Positions 23,501 through 38,859 are shown, counted from the first letter of the whole stretch. The stretch is DNA of 58,511 nucleotides, filler included, from Mitosporidium daphniae (GCF_000760515.2; 3 parts of 3 records of this genome joined end to end with filler, not necessarily neighbours in it), one strand, 5' to 3'. The notes: generated by a model from the sequence alone, not told the origin. Translations and numbers: made by a program.

Positions 23501-24961
23501 ATATTAGGCAGCAGGCGCTCAAGCTGGCGGCCAATTCCATGTATGGTTGCCTGGGCTTCACAGGCTCACGATTCTATGCCAAGTCTTTGGCTGAGCTAGT
23601 CACTGCACATGGGAGAACATTGCTCGCATCTACGGTCGAACTTGTGGAAGCAATGGGGGAATTGGGGGGCTCCTCAGCTCGCTGCCGTGTTATTTATGGC
23701 GACACAGACTCCATCATGATTGAAACAGGATGCACCTCGCTACCTGAGGCACTACGTATTGGCGCAGCTGTGCGGCGGAGTGTCAACGAGCGTCACCGCT
23801 TAATCGAGATCGACCTTGAGGCCGTTTTTGCACGTCTATTGTTACTCAAGAAAAAGAAATATGCCGCATTGCGCTTAAACAGTTTGGAGAACGTAGGGCC
23901 CACAACATACCGCATTGAGACTAAGGGTCTTGACATGGTGCGTCGCGATTGGTGTGGTCTTTCTGTAGAGACTGGCAAGTAAGTGCATTACTCTTATTTT
24001 AGCTTCGTACTGCAACGGATTATGTCACTGACAGAGGGCCGGGATGAAGTTCTAGGGGCCATCCACGAACATCTTGCTGTTATTGGAGCACAAGTACGCG
24101 AGGGACGGATGCCCCTAGATGCCTTCGTCATCCATAAGGTAGGACTGGCACGTTTATTGATTGCAGAGCCTAACAAAAGACCCACAGGCATATGGCGACC
24201 CCAGGGCACACCCTCACGTTGTGGTTGCCACACAGCTGCAAAGCAGGGGTATCTTTTTGCGAGCTGGCGACCATGTGCCTTTTGTTATTTGCCGTAGTTC
24301 TGGGTCTAATCCATCCACACTAAGTGGACGGGCATATCACCCAGATGATGTGCGGCGCGGGGGCGAGCTTACGCTTGACTATGAATGGTATTTGCAGCAG
24401 CAAGTGTTGCCGCCAGTGGTGCGGCTCTGCAAGTGGTTGGAGGGTACTGACGCCTCGCGACTTTCATTGGCACTGGGACTCGATATACCACGACAAGTCG
24501 TAAGGTCCTCATCACATGGTGAATTTGAATCCACGTCACTGCTTTCTTTGGAGGGAAAGAACTTTGAAGAAATAACATTGAGCTGTCCATATTGCGGCGG
24601 TGCAGTTTCGAGTGCAGAGAATAGCCTTTGCAATGCCTGCGTACGGGCAATACCGCCGTTGACACGTGCTGCACAGATAGCCACCTCCTGTCGACGGGCC
24701 ATTGGTGCCTTTTATATGGGCTGGCTGCGATGTGACGATCCCGGCTGCGGGGCGCGAACGCGTACCATCTCGGTGTACGAGAAACGGTGTCCCATTGCTG
24801 GATGCTGTGGCACGCTCCTGCCAGAAATTAGCGATCGCTCACTGTATCTACAAATGCTCTATTGGAAAAAGACAGTGCCGACGATAGAAACGTTGGTCAC
24901 GCGCAGCGCATATCCTGTAGTACAGCTTGGCGAGCTCTTCCGGCGCCTGCATGCTGCTTAA
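20537..24961 (+). CDS. POL1: DNA polymerase alpha catalytic subunit (about 6 short introns)
   Basis: N-terminal DFVVDDDGQGY, RAERNEYLLLHEF, DFNSLYPSII, KLAANSMYGCLG, YGDTDS, KGLDMVRRDW, two C-terminal Cys clusters. Confidence 0.96.
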
Positions 24962-25167
24962 CCCTAACCCTAGTGGGGGTGTTAGGGCGATCCATTAAAT
25001 ATCCATCAATTAATCGCGATAATTTAGCAAAAAATTTGGATGTTGATTCCATTTGCACAAAATGGTGGTCATCATTGCGGCCACTTCAAAGTACCTCCTG
25101 AGAGCAACTCGACTCAACCCAATGGACACCAAATTAACCCTAATTAATTTTTTTTTTGCATTTTGCA

Positions 25168-26678
25168 ATGGAGCACGCTACTATGGTCAAGCCCTCTACG
25201 GAGCGCGTGCCACTGGATGCCAGCGAATGGCCACTGCTGCTGAAAGTAAGCGTTTAGCACTGATCATAGAACTTTGAAAGAATGCACGTGCGCTCTGCAC
25301 ACTACACACCGCTTCCTAATGGAGCGTCACCGCTTTCCCGCGATCTTACTAACTATATCAGGTGGGGCCTTTTTTCGTTTTTCTTTATTTTTTCTTGTGG
25401 CTTGCTTGATCGTTTAATCCATCTAGATATGGTGTGATAAATTTGGACAAGCCCGCAAATCCATCCTCGCACGAAGTCGTCGCATGGATTCGGCGCATTT
25501 TACGTGTCGAGAAGACGGGACATTCAGGCACGCTGGATCCAAAAGTCACCGGGTGTCTTATCGTGTGCATCGACCGTGCCACAAGGCTAGTCAAAAGCCA
25601 GCAGAGTGCAGGCAAGGAGTATGTTTGTGTGGTGCGCCTGCACGATCGCTTTGGAAGCGGCGAGCTGGAACAGCGCCTACGCGGGGCGCTCGAAGGGCTG
25701 ACTGGTGCCCTGTTTCAAAGACCACCGCTGATCAGTGCTGTTAAGCGTCAACTGCGTGTACGCACCATCCATGACTCGCTGTTGCTGGAGACCGACGAAG
25801 AACGCTCGCTGGGTGTCTTTTGGGTCTCCTGCGAGGCCGGTACGTACATCAGAACACTCTGCGTGCATCTTGGTCTGATGCTGGGCGTTGGTGGCCACAT
25901 GCAAGAGCTAAGACGTGTACGCTCCGGGGCTACTTCTGAAGCTGACGGCATGGTGACCATGCACGACCTACTTGATGCGCAATGGCTCTATGATGCGACA
26001 CGAGATGAGTCGTACTTGAGACGTGTTGTTAGGCCATTAGAGTCATTGCTTGTCTCCTACAAACGACTGATGGTGAAAGACTCTGCTGTCAATGCGATTT
26101 GCTATGGTGCCAAGCTGATGATTCCAGGTCTGTTACGCTATGATGCGGGGATCGAAATGGAAGAAGAGGTTGTCATCATCACGACCAAGGGCGAAGCCAT
26201 TGCACTTGGAATTGCACAGATGACAACGGCCGTGATTGCTAGCGTTGACCATGGCATAATTGCCCGGATTAAGCGCGTGATCATGGAACGAGACACGTAT
26301 CCCAGAAAATGGGGTCTCGGACCCAAAGCTGTGGAAAAGAAGGCAATGATCAAGAGTGGACAGCTGGATAAGCACGGAAGGTCCAACGAAAATACGCCTT
26401 CCGCTTGGTCTCAAGGATACGTCGACTTTTTTTCCCCAAAGGAAGACATGGCAGTGGATAAGAATGCCACCGTTTCATCGACACGTATTTCGTTCGTAAC
26501 CCCAGTCGAAGAAAAGTCTGGCAGTCTGGTCGATAACCAAAATGAAGACATGGATGATGGTCAGAGCAGCGACGAAGACGAAAAGAAACGCGTTAAAAAG
26601 GAAAAGAAAGACAAGAAAGAAAAGAAGGAAAAAGAAAAGGACAAAAAGGACAAGAAAAAGAAACGGAGCTCTGACTAG
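25168..26678 (+). CDS. CBF5: H/ACA snoRNP pseudouridine synthase Cbf5/dyskerin (2 introns)
   Basis: [30 protein letters not shown] domain, KKE/KKD tail. Confidence 0.97.
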
Positions 26679-26839
26679 CACCGATCGTCATTAAGCAAGT
26701 AATTTTATAAAACAACACTTGAAAGTTAAAGAAAAACTCTTAATTGGTTTATTAGTATATTTAAAATAGGGATAGGGCGGCTGCCCAGTGTCGACCGCAC
26801 AATGGCGACCAGTAAAGTGAACAGGGGGCGTGGAGGGGG

Positions 26840-29674
26840 CTATGACAGCGATCTTAGAGGACCACATGTCAGTGTAGCATCTGTAATCGAGAGGCCTTGA
26901 ATGAAGGCGCACTCAACGGGCTCCATTGCAGTAAGGGACTCGTCAAATGTTTTCTTTCTTGTACGCTTTTCTCGCCGACGCGAGGCAGACTTCAAGCAAA
27001 GAAAGTTTGGTTCCATCACGAAACCAATCAAGCCGCTAGTTGATGATGATGCACATGCATCTCTGAGTTCATCCAGTCGCTGCTCGACGAGATACAGCAG
27101 ATACTCTTCCGTGAGAAGCCGCACCGTTTCAAAAAGTGACAGCGGCGTGGTGGAGGCAGCCGGGGCCGGCTGTGCAACAACCACTTCAGAGGCCCCATCA
27201 CCCACAGGCGTGGCGGCCTCGCATGCGCCTTGGTCAAAATGAAGATATTCAGCAAGGATTTCCTCATCCCTAGCACAGGAGCCTTCTACCTTTTTGTGAT
27301 CTCTGGTGGCAAAAAGTTGGTCCATAAAAATGGCGATCACAAACGACCACTGGATGAGCAGGTTCTGTAAATGTCGCTGCATTCTTTCCAGCTCTCCATA
27401 CGATATCGGACCGATGTTGGGAAGAGCCCCGTTTTTCCGTTTGGCAGCCGCATCTAGATGGCGGCAATTTTCCTCCCCTTCGCGGGTATCCTCGCTGGCC
27501 TCGTAATCAACGCAACTATCAAGAAAAGATGCCCAAGCGTCCCAGTCAAGCTGGTCATCCCCAAAAATGAGCTCCATTGACGTAATAAATTGCGCAAGGA
27601 TTTCTTCCGGAATAAAGGAAGCATCCATCTCATCAATAGATCGTGAGAAAGACGCAGAGAGCGACGGGTCTGTACCTAAAGCAAAAGCTTGTGCTCGTAA
27701 GCCGCAGTCCCGCTCATGAGAAACGTGGCGCTGCAATTCGCTTGCTGCCTCGCGCACGGCGGCACGAGCCAGCCGCCTAAGCTCCGCAGAGCCTGGAGCC
27801 GACAGACTAGCTGAAGGCGATCGATTCGTGCAGGCACTTGAAGAGAAATCACATTTGGTGGCAGCAGTTCCAATTACGACGCCATTGGCGCTGCGCAAGG
27901 TAGTGGCAAGTGAGTGCAGAGAGACGCGTTTAAGCAGCATCATGGAGAGCTTCTTGAAAAATTCGAGCTTCACCACCAGCAACTTGGATGGAAGTGTGGC
28001 CGGGGTATGCCATGGCTGGCCTGTTGGCCAGCCATTGACGTCAAACTGGACATTTTCCAGGTCTCGAGCGCTGAAATATCCTTTGACAAGCATCGTGATC
28101 AGTCCAGGTAATGTCTTGGTGCAAAAGAGACGGACATTTTCTAGTTGTGCCTGAGTAATGCCATTGGTCCAAAACGAAGCAAGAAAACATTCCTGGATGA
28201 CAGCGAGGGAGGTAGCATCGAATCTTTGTATCATTGAAAGGATGCTCTGATAAAGTCGCGTTCCTGGAGATCGATTTTCGCTCTTTTGAGAAGGAAAAAA
28301 ACAAGAAATTTCGGACACCGAGTTCGTTTGGTTTGCATTGGAAGCCTGAAATTCTGGAAAGCTCTTAGGGAACACGCCAAGCCAATAGAGTGTAAATTCC
28401 TCTTCAAATTGCAGATACTCTTCGCGTAAAATTAGGGAAAGCAGCAAGGTAGTATGATGCTGCAGGCCAAGTCTGAAAAGGTCACCGTGCTCAATGGGAA
28501 GCGCGTCTGGTGCAGCCATGTGCAACCTCGCGGCAAACCGATCAATGGATGGCGGATTAGCTGTAACGCAGGAGAGGCCGCCGGTGGCCAAGCTGTAGAT
28601 GGTAACTGGTGACGAAGTCTGTCGATTCCGTGACGGCCGGATGGTAAAGTGCGATTTGATAGAGTGGGGAATTGAGTCCACAGTCTCTACAGTGCCAGTC
28701 CCCGCTCCATATGACGAGGAGCCAAAGCCGGTATTGGGGACCGGACTTGAAAGTGCTGGAGCCGCTTCTGCAGTCGACATGGGTGCCTTCATCCTGATCC
28801 CGTAATAATGATACTTGGAGTGGCCGCGCGTACCAAGACGCCGCGTGCGCAAGTTTGGAAACACAGAGCGGATAATCTTACCAAAAGAGGCAGCATTGAC
28901 TGGCTCGATGGAATCGGCAACGCACGATTCATAATAGTGTGTGTACAGCAACGAACGAGGCATGGAAACACCTTCAGATGACTCAAAGTGCGATTGGAGC
29001 CAAAGAACGACATAGGGTGACTTTCCCTTGATGGCTGTCATTGAGGATATGGGGGCACCTTGCTCACTACCGTATTGATGGTGGTGCCAAGTAGGACCAC
29101 CAGATGGGGTAACATAGTCCACAATCATGTTGTGACCGTTACCGGTGTGGCCCATCATGCCGAAAGATGGTGGCGCAGAGAGACACTCAAAGGGGGCTGT
29201 TGAAAAAGATGTGGATGATAATGAAATATATTCAGGCGAGCCGATGAACTCTGTTTGCGAGCCGCCAAAGTCTATAGACGTGGAGAGCGGAAAATCCACC
29301 GATGTAGATTCACCATAATCGGGCGTATCAAGAGTGGATGTGGAGTATTCTGCAGAGGAGAAGTAATGATTAGACGAGAGGAGTGCTGCAGTCTGCTCGT
29401 GCGAAATGCTTGCCGTTGAGGTGGGCGCCATCAGCGAAAGCGCAGTGCCAGGCTGCGCAAAGGGGGCTTGAAAGTCGGAGGGGAATGCAAAATTAGATAA
29501 CGGGGCAGAAGATGTGAAACTTGTGCGTGGAGAGTGAGTCAGGAATGCAGAGTGAAAATTTGTATGAAATGACGAGTGAGCTGATGGGGGCGAGTTTATA
29601 ATGATATCAGCAGCGCCGAAAATCTTTAAGGAAATGGCCTCTTGATCTTCTTGGATATAATCAGAGGTCATCAT
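26840..29674 (-). CDS. RFX-family winged-helix transcription factor
   Basis: WLQSHFE...PRSLLY...[41 protein letters not shown]-binding domain. 5' end uncertain. Confidence 0.9.
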   Translation of the reverse strand: MMTSDYIQEDQEAISLKIFGAADIIINSPPSAHSSFHTNFHSAFLTHSPRTSFTSSAPLSNFAFPSDFQAPFAQPGTALSLMAPTSTASISHEQTAALLSSNHYFSSAEYSTSTLDTPDYGESTSVDFPLSTSIDFGGSQTEFIGSPEYISLSSTSFSTAPFECLSAPPSFGMMGHTGNGHNMIVDYVTPSGGPTWHHHQYGSEQGAPISSMTAIKGKSPYVVLWLQSHFESSEGVSMPRSLLYTHYYESCVADSIEPVNAASFGKIIRSVFPNLRTRRLGTRGHSKYHYYGIRMKAPMSTAEAAPALSSPVPNTGFGSSSYGAGTGTVETVDSIPHSIKSHFTIRPSRNRQTSSPVTIYSLATGGLSCVTANPPSIDRFAARLHMAAPDALPIEHGDLFRLGLQHHTTLLLSLILREEYLQFEEEFTLYWLGVFPKSFPEFQASNANQTNSVSEISCFFPSQKSENRSPGTRLYQSILSMIQRFDATSLAVIQECFLASFWTNGITQAQLENVRLFCTKTLPGLITMLVKGYFSARDLENVQFDVNGWPTGQPWHTPATLPSKLLVVKLEFFKKLSMMLLKRVSLHSLATTLRSANGVVIGTAATKCDFSSSACTNRSPSASLSAPGSAELRRLARAAVREAASELQRHVSHERDCGLRAQAFALGTDPSLSASFSRSIDEMDASFIPEEILAQFITSMELIFGDDQLDWDAWASFLDSCVDYEASEDTREGEENCRHLDAAAKRKNGALPNIGPISYGELERMQRHLQNLLIQWSFVIAIFMDQLFATRDHKKVEGSCARDEEILAEYLHFDQGACEAATPVGDGASEVVVAQPAPAASTTPLSLFETVRLLTEEYLLYLVEQRLDELRDACASSSTSGLIGFVMEPNFLCLKSASRRREKRTRKKTFDESLTAMEPVECAFIQGLSITDATLTCGPLRSLS

Positions 29675-29994
29675 TTGGATGAGCTGGCTCGAAGATGGGT
29701 TGATGATGATGTGAGGCTGATGATGGTGGCGGCCCTGGACACCAATGGCCTATATATGTTTGATGGTGACGAGATCGGCATGTTTAGATAGCATGCCAAT
29801 AGGTGGAGTGATTATGGTGATTGCGATGATGTTTCGATGATGAGGTATGCGGTATAAACAGAGCGTGATGGGGCTCGCTGATAAGAGCACGATTCGCTGG
29901 TGACCATCATCAACAATAAATTAGCAATAATTAAAAATTACTTTGGGGCCCAATGCGTGGCGGACTGTTCAACAAAGTGCCGTTCGATTGGCAT

Positions 29995-30116
29995 TTTAAA
30001 GTTGAACCGCGTTCATTTAAAGTCGAGCCGCGTTGATTTAAAGTCGAGCCAATCCTCGTTTAAAGTCGAGCCAACCCTCGTTTAAAGTTAAAATCGAGCC
30101 AACCCTTGTTTAAAGG
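29995..30116. repeat. Tandem array of about 5 units of 21-22 bp (TTTAAAGTCGAGCC-N7/8) in a divergent promoter
   Basis: Units start at 29995, 30016, 30037, 30059 and about 30088. Confidence 0.9.
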
Positions 30117-30212
30117 TTTGGCGGGAAATGCACAAATTACGGCGCCATTGAACACCATAGTGTATAAGGACACACTATAAATTGTGCCATTGATTAGTAA
30201 GACTATTAAACT

Positions 30213-30551
30213 ATGGCAAAATCAAGCAGCACAAGCGCTACCGCATCGCAAACCAAGCCAGCAGCATCAACAAAAAAAGTTTCCGCCGTAAACAGCAAAG
30301 GTTTCGTCATATTCGTTTTACGTTGCAGTAAAAAAGTCCTCCACCTCCAAGGATGCTTCCGCAAAGAAAATCACGCCGTACACCAGCTTCATGTCCACAG
30401 AGTTGCCAAAGGTGAAAAAAGCAAACTCTGCAATCAGCCATAAAGATGCCTTCAAGCTCGCTGCGCAGAATGTATGCATGGTTTTTGCTTATTTTTACAT
30501 TAGTGGGCCACATCGCCCCTCAACCCTAAGAACGGCGGAAAGGCTCGCTGA
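30213..30551 (+). CDS. Small basic YABBY/HMG-box-like protein (2 introns)
   Basis: Spliced: KKITPYTSFMSTELPKVKKANSAISHKDAFKLAAQN/WATSPLNPK, with a Lys/Ser/Ala-rich N-terminus. Confidence 0.8.
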
Positions 30552-30949
30552 CAGCGCCATGTACAGGAGATCTGCTTTTTACATAAATATATCACACGAC
30601 TGCGCACCACAATTTTGTCAATTACAGCTCCAATATGGGCCGATCAGCAGGGCTTTATTGGCGGCTTACTGATAGGCAAGAACTATGAACCAGGCTGGCG
30701 TTGCACGTTGCAAGCTATTTCGCCAGCAAGGATGCAGAACTGTGTAGCCTCCGTCAATCAATGCCACAAGAAAATATGGAGACGTGGCAGTTCGCGTGAT
30801 ATTCTGAATTTATTTGGCCGGTACGCTCCTGCCCCTAGCTGGGATGGGTGCGTAACGTGTGCATGTAGCGAATTTCAGCATGTTTGTGCCATTTAAATTT
30901 TAATTTGGTTTAATTTAAAAAAATATCGCGCACTACTTTTTGCATTTCC

Positions 30950-32848
30950 ATGACCGTTCCTGTGCTCCCCTCAGGTCCCTCTACCAGCGTGCTCACAGAC
31001 AACATCACTGGGGCAAATCACAACTTCAAGCGTATCCAAGTTGTGCCCTCCAGTACAGACTTTCTCGATATTGTGCTCAGTAAAACGCAGCGCAAAACAC
31101 CCACCGTCGTGCACAAGGGCTATCAAATCTCGCGCATTCGCTCCTTCTACATGCGCAAGGTCAAATACACACAAAGCACATTTGAAGAGCGGCTTCAGCA
31201 AATCACAACCGAATTTCCGAAAATCGAAGAGGTGCATCCATTCTACGGCGACCTGATGAATGTGCTCTACGACCGCGACCATTATAAGCTGGCGCTGGGC
31301 CAAGTAGCTACGGCGCGGCATTTGGTGGAGCAAATTAGCAAAGAATATCTAAAGCTGCTCAAGTTTGGCGATTCACTTTACCGTTGCAAGTAGCTCAAAC
31401 GTGCTGCTCTTGGGCGCATGGCCACCGTCATGCGCCGCCAGCGTGACGCGTTGACATACCTGGAACAGGTGCGCCAGCATCTTGCGAGGCTGCCGTCCAT
31501 CGATCCGGCATCACGCACGCTACTTATCTGCGGCTTCCCAAACGTGGGCAAGAGCTCATTCATGAACAAGGTCTCACGGGCAATGGTCGACGTGCAACCA
31601 TATGCCTTTACAACCAAATCCCTTTTCGTGGGTCACTTTGACTACGAATATGCGCGGTGGCAGGTCATCGACACACCAGGGATTCTAGATCACGCACTTG
31701 ACGAGCGTAATACGATCGAGATGCAGTCCATCACGGCATTGGCACACATCAGAGCGACGGTGCTCTTTTTTATGGATCTCTCTGAACGCTGTGGTTATAC
31801 GATAGAACAGCAGCTGTCCCTGTTTAAGTCTCTGCAACCGCTCTTCCGAAGCAGGCCCGTCGTATTGGTGGTCAGTAAGTGCGATTTGGTCCGCGTAAGT
31901 GACCTCTCACCAGAAGTGGCTGCACAATTAAAAGCAGCCACAGGCAGTGTGCCCATTGTAGAATGTTCACAAATGACCTCTGAAGGCGTTATGGCTGTAC
32001 GCAATGTCGCCTGTGATTTGTTGCTGGCCCAACGCAATGTTCAGGGCGCAGAAGGCGGCATCACATCAAGTGCAAATGGAATTCTGGCACGCTTGCATGT
32101 GGCCAAACCAGTTGCACGAGATAATATCAATCGGCCGCCATTGCTGCCACAAGGCATTGTGGTGCCTTCTACAGAACCTCTTTTACGCGAGATAGAGCTA
32201 GCAAATGGCGGCCCAGGAATCTTTTCCTATCCAGCGTCTATGCACCATCTGAAGGCAGACTGGAAAGAAAGACCGATTCCAGAAATTCTCAACGGCAAGA
32301 ACATTGCAGATTTCATTGATGCAGACATTGAAGCGCAACTGGAAGCTTTAGAGGCAGAGGAAGAACAGCACGAAATGATGACCGCAGACGATCGCTCTGC
32401 ACGTGTCGAGCGGCGCAACAGAGTGCATGCTATTCGTGCTGTGCGAAGACACGAAACTGAACGGCGTACACTGACCCGTCTTGATTCGCGCTCACGAAAA
32501 TCCAATGCCAATCGTCCTAGACCACGAACGCGTATCTCTGCACTGGGAACGGAGGCTTCTGCCATTGAGCGTCCAATTAGTGCTAAAAGATCGGCATCTA
32601 TTTCAAGCAGCAGGTCATTGAGTATGCATCCGATGTCGGAACGCTCACGCTCTCGTGTACAAGGCCGCGAAATGAAGGGCCACAGCACAGAAAAGGGCCA
32701 TGCTACGTCATCATCGCTCGTGTCTCTCTCACAGCGCCATCGCAACCGCATGGGTCGTGCCGGTGATGCTGATCGCCATGTCACGGCCTCAATACCCAAG
32801 CACTTGTTCGCAGGAAAGCGGCGCAATGGCACTCACGATCGCCGTTAA
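30950..32848 (+). CDS. NOG1: Nucleolar GTP-binding protein Nog1, interrupted by an in-frame TAG at 31391-31393
   Basis: [42 protein letters not shown]-terminal [15 protein letters not shown]. Confidence 0.93.
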
Positions 32849-32946
32849 GCTAAATTAAATGATGTAGCCTTTGCATAAATCCATCCCAGTTGTTGCTTTT
32901 CATTTTCAGGTGTACACCACGGAAGGGATGCTCCACAATTTTAGTT

Positions 32947-33351
32947 TTAGCGCTCCAGGTTAATGGCGCCACGGAACTTGGCATACAGCAGTGTTTTAAG
33001 AGCCGAAGCCTCGCTAGCGAGCGCGCTGTGGTATCGCCGTAGCTCGTCGCATTTGCTAGAATGGTCGTTAAGCCGCTCAGAAAGCATGGCCAATGCCTCT
33101 CCCGGCGGTAAGTACGCAAAGCCATCACCAATCTTGATGCGAATGTGCGATGGCTCCTCAAGCTCTGCAAAGACTTCGGCCTCGGAAAGGGCATCTGCGG
33201 TTGCCTCGCGCTGCGCCTAAAGCAATAAAGGTGTCCATCTAGCTACCTGTGCCTCAGCAAGTCGCGGTTCATAGATGCTTAAAGTCTCACTTAGCCGGCT
33301 GAACGTGTTCAGCTGGGCCTGGTCTTCTGCGGTAACACTCGGCTCATCCAT
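32947..33351 (-). CDS. GIM3: Prefoldin subunit 4 (1 intron)
   Basis: VTAEDQAQLNTFSRL ... IKIGDGF ... LKTLLYAKFRGAINLE. Not in the ORF track in this frame. Confidence 0.88.
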
Positions 33352-33467
33352 CAGGTATCAACGATTGGCAAATTTATAAACGGCCAAGTATAAATGGAGT
33401 GGGGGGGGTCCCTTTTAAATTGTGGTAGCCTTAATTTGGTCAACTGCAATTGTTGATTTAAATTCCA

Positions 33468-36263
<2,796 letters not shown>

Positions 36264-36952
36264 GAGCTTGCCCTCTATCAGGATATCGTTAATTTACCAG
36301 TAAATGTTTTTGTTGCTACAATAATCCATTCATGATGCAAGTGATTGGAAAATTTATTGAAACCGGAGTTTTTCATCGAGCCAGCAACCTTCCAATAAAA
36401 AGGGCCGCTGCAACTTTGTATGCAAGCCCTTGCTTTGGAAATAAGCGTATCAAAATTATTGTTTTAGGACATGGAGGCGTTAAGACAGTAGCATTAGCCG
36501 ATTTTTGCAGAGGCATTAATAAAGCCAAAAATTGGGGGTCGGTGTCCGCTTTAACATTGGAGATCGATGATCTAGAAATAATTGGCCAATGTTTTATCGC
36601 ACACTGTCCAGCTGATTATCGTCTGAAGCAAAGTTGAGATGTAGATTAGCTAAATAGCCCTGGTTAATGCATGCAAGCAAAACACTATGACCAGCTGGAA
36701 CAAAATTTAATAAATGGCATCCATTGGCCAGGTTATTTTACAGCCTGCAGGCAAATCCAAAAAGATCGCGTACAAAAAAGAAATCTAAATCGCACTGGCT
36801 GGCGTTTGATAAATTAATATCAATTGACAAATTATGTGAAACTTTGGCTCCGGGGTGTAAAATTTTAAATTTAATTGGCTTTCCTGGCAAATGCTGGATC
36901 ATCTATTGGCAAAAGGAGTGTCCACAATCGGAAAGGATAGGTGCCAAAATAA

Positions 36953-38741
36953 CTAAGATTTGCAGCATCTGGTATTGTTGCAGGCAAGCGAAATTCTCCT
37001 CACAGCGGCTGCTTTTCGGACAACACGTTTAGGATCCGATAATAAATTGTCAATGTGCCGATCATTTGTTATCCGTTGGATCAATGCCAAACGCACCCAT
37101 ACACATGGATGTTTGAGCAGTCTTAAAAGCAGCTCATCGCCAATTGGAGCGGCATCTAGTGCCAGAAATCTTAGCCATTCACAGGTATCTTGTGATTGCG
37201 GAATAGAGGGAACTCTATCACATGATGAGGCCGGGTTTCCATTGCAACAACCACTACGGCCAAATTTAAAGTCCTCCTTTAAAGAATTCAGGTCATTTAG
37301 GATGGGATCTTTGGCAGCATCAGATGGTAAAAAAGAGGAAAGGGATTGAATGGATAGCATATATGAATAAAGCGAGGGCGATAGCTTGGATAAAAGTCTA
37401 GTTTCAATTAAAGTTCGTAATACCACTTTGGAATTTCCGGTCTGCCTAATCAGTGCTTCAAAAGCAACCGCTTGAATATTCGATATCTTTTGACTGTCAT
37501 AAAAGTGGTATTGCAAACGTTGCAATGCTTGAACAGCTGCAGAGATAAAAGGCAAATTCTGCAGGTCTCCGGTAAATTTAAGATGGCCGTCGAGGCGTTT
37601 ACAAAAGCTTTTGAGGGCATCAGCGGGTAGTTTGTCTGAAATGCACGAAAGGAACGAACGGAATGTTGGAGAAAGCGGATCTATCACAATTTTATCGAGA
37701 ATTTCATCATCAACTGCGTCGAGTTCAAACATAGCGAGAACAATGGAATCATCCTCTGCGACCGTGCTATCATTACCATTTTCAAGGAAAATGGAACGAG
37801 CCAATAATGAGAGAGCATTTTTGGCCTCCAGCAATAGCCAGGGGGCCGAAAGGAAAATTGAAATAACCTCCTTCGGATTTGATCCCAAGTATTTCATTAG
37901 AATTTCAACAAGGCGTGCAACTATGGAGCAATCTGAGCTGACCAAGCCCCAACGTTCGGCATCACATAAGAGATGGGAAAGAGCAATCAATACCCCATGA
38001 CACGCGTTATTGCCGTCTTCAAGCCGCTCGACAAGTGCCTCCAGAACAAGCGAAGAAAGCGAGTTTGAAAAACAGGCCGTTAGTACAGCCTCCAGCTCTG
38101 CTGATAGGTCACCTGGGGTGATTCCAAAAGGATCTTCAGGTGGCGGCGTAAATGAAATTGGAAAATAGCAAAAGATAGACTCAAAGAGCTCTTCCTTAAA
38201 TTTCCTAAAATAAGAAAAAACTATCGAACATACTGCGAGCTAGAAGCACGAATAAAGTCACAAGAAAGTCTAAATAGCAACATGAGATTTCTCGGGTCCC
38301 TTTCTCCGAAACAATGTGAAAGAAAGACATGGGAAAGCACATCGACAGATTCAGGCGAGTCCTTAATATGTAGCAACACTTTGGAAAATAACAGCAAGCC
38401 CGCATGCCTAATTGCTTGGGATTGTTCAGATAATAAGATGGATTCGTCAAAGCACCTTAGAAACTGCATAATTAGATCTTGAGAAGGTTTTGCTTTTAAA
38501 AGAAAGCTTGTGAAACATGAGATGACATCAATAAGACAAGGAGAGTCTGTTAGACGGCTGCACAAAAATTCGACCACAATGGGATATGAGTTGGAATTAA
38601 AGGTAGAACTTGATACATTATCAATGAGTATGTGCAGCGCTAAGTGGAAAGATAAGCTATTTAGCACAAACCTTTTGAGCGATCTTTATCTTCAAGCGAT
38701 ATTAGCCCATTTACGCCAAGGTCGGACAAAAGCTCATCCAT
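36953..38741 (-). CDS. MMS19: Mms19/Met18 CIA-targeting factor, shortened (spliced)
   Basis: FGERDPRNLMLLF, LFESIFCYFPISFTPPPEDPFGIT, C-terminal LSDPKRVVRKAAA. Confidence 0.85.
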
Positions 38742-38764
38742 AAAACAAATTTACGGTGAAAATT

Positions 38765-38830
38765 AAAATCGACCCGAAAATTAAAAAAAGCAAAAATCGA
38801 CCCGAAAATTTAAAAATCAACCCAAAAATT
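38765..38830. repeat. Three copies of AAAATCRACCCRAAAATT in the MMS19/DIB1 divergent promoter
   Basis: Copies at 38765, 38793 and 38813. Confidence 0.85.
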
Positions 38831-38859
38831 AAATACTGCAGACTTTTCCCCTATTTGTG

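Noticed and set aside
29995..30116. CRISPR-like repeat-spacer array
   Set aside because: The variable parts are only 7-8 nt and related to each other; the context is eukaryotic and there are no cas genes.
31391..31393. Genome-wide TAG-to-Gln genetic code
   Set aside because: Long conserved ORFs have no internal TAGs, and TAG ends several genes (SSU72, CBF5, TACC, Bet1-like).
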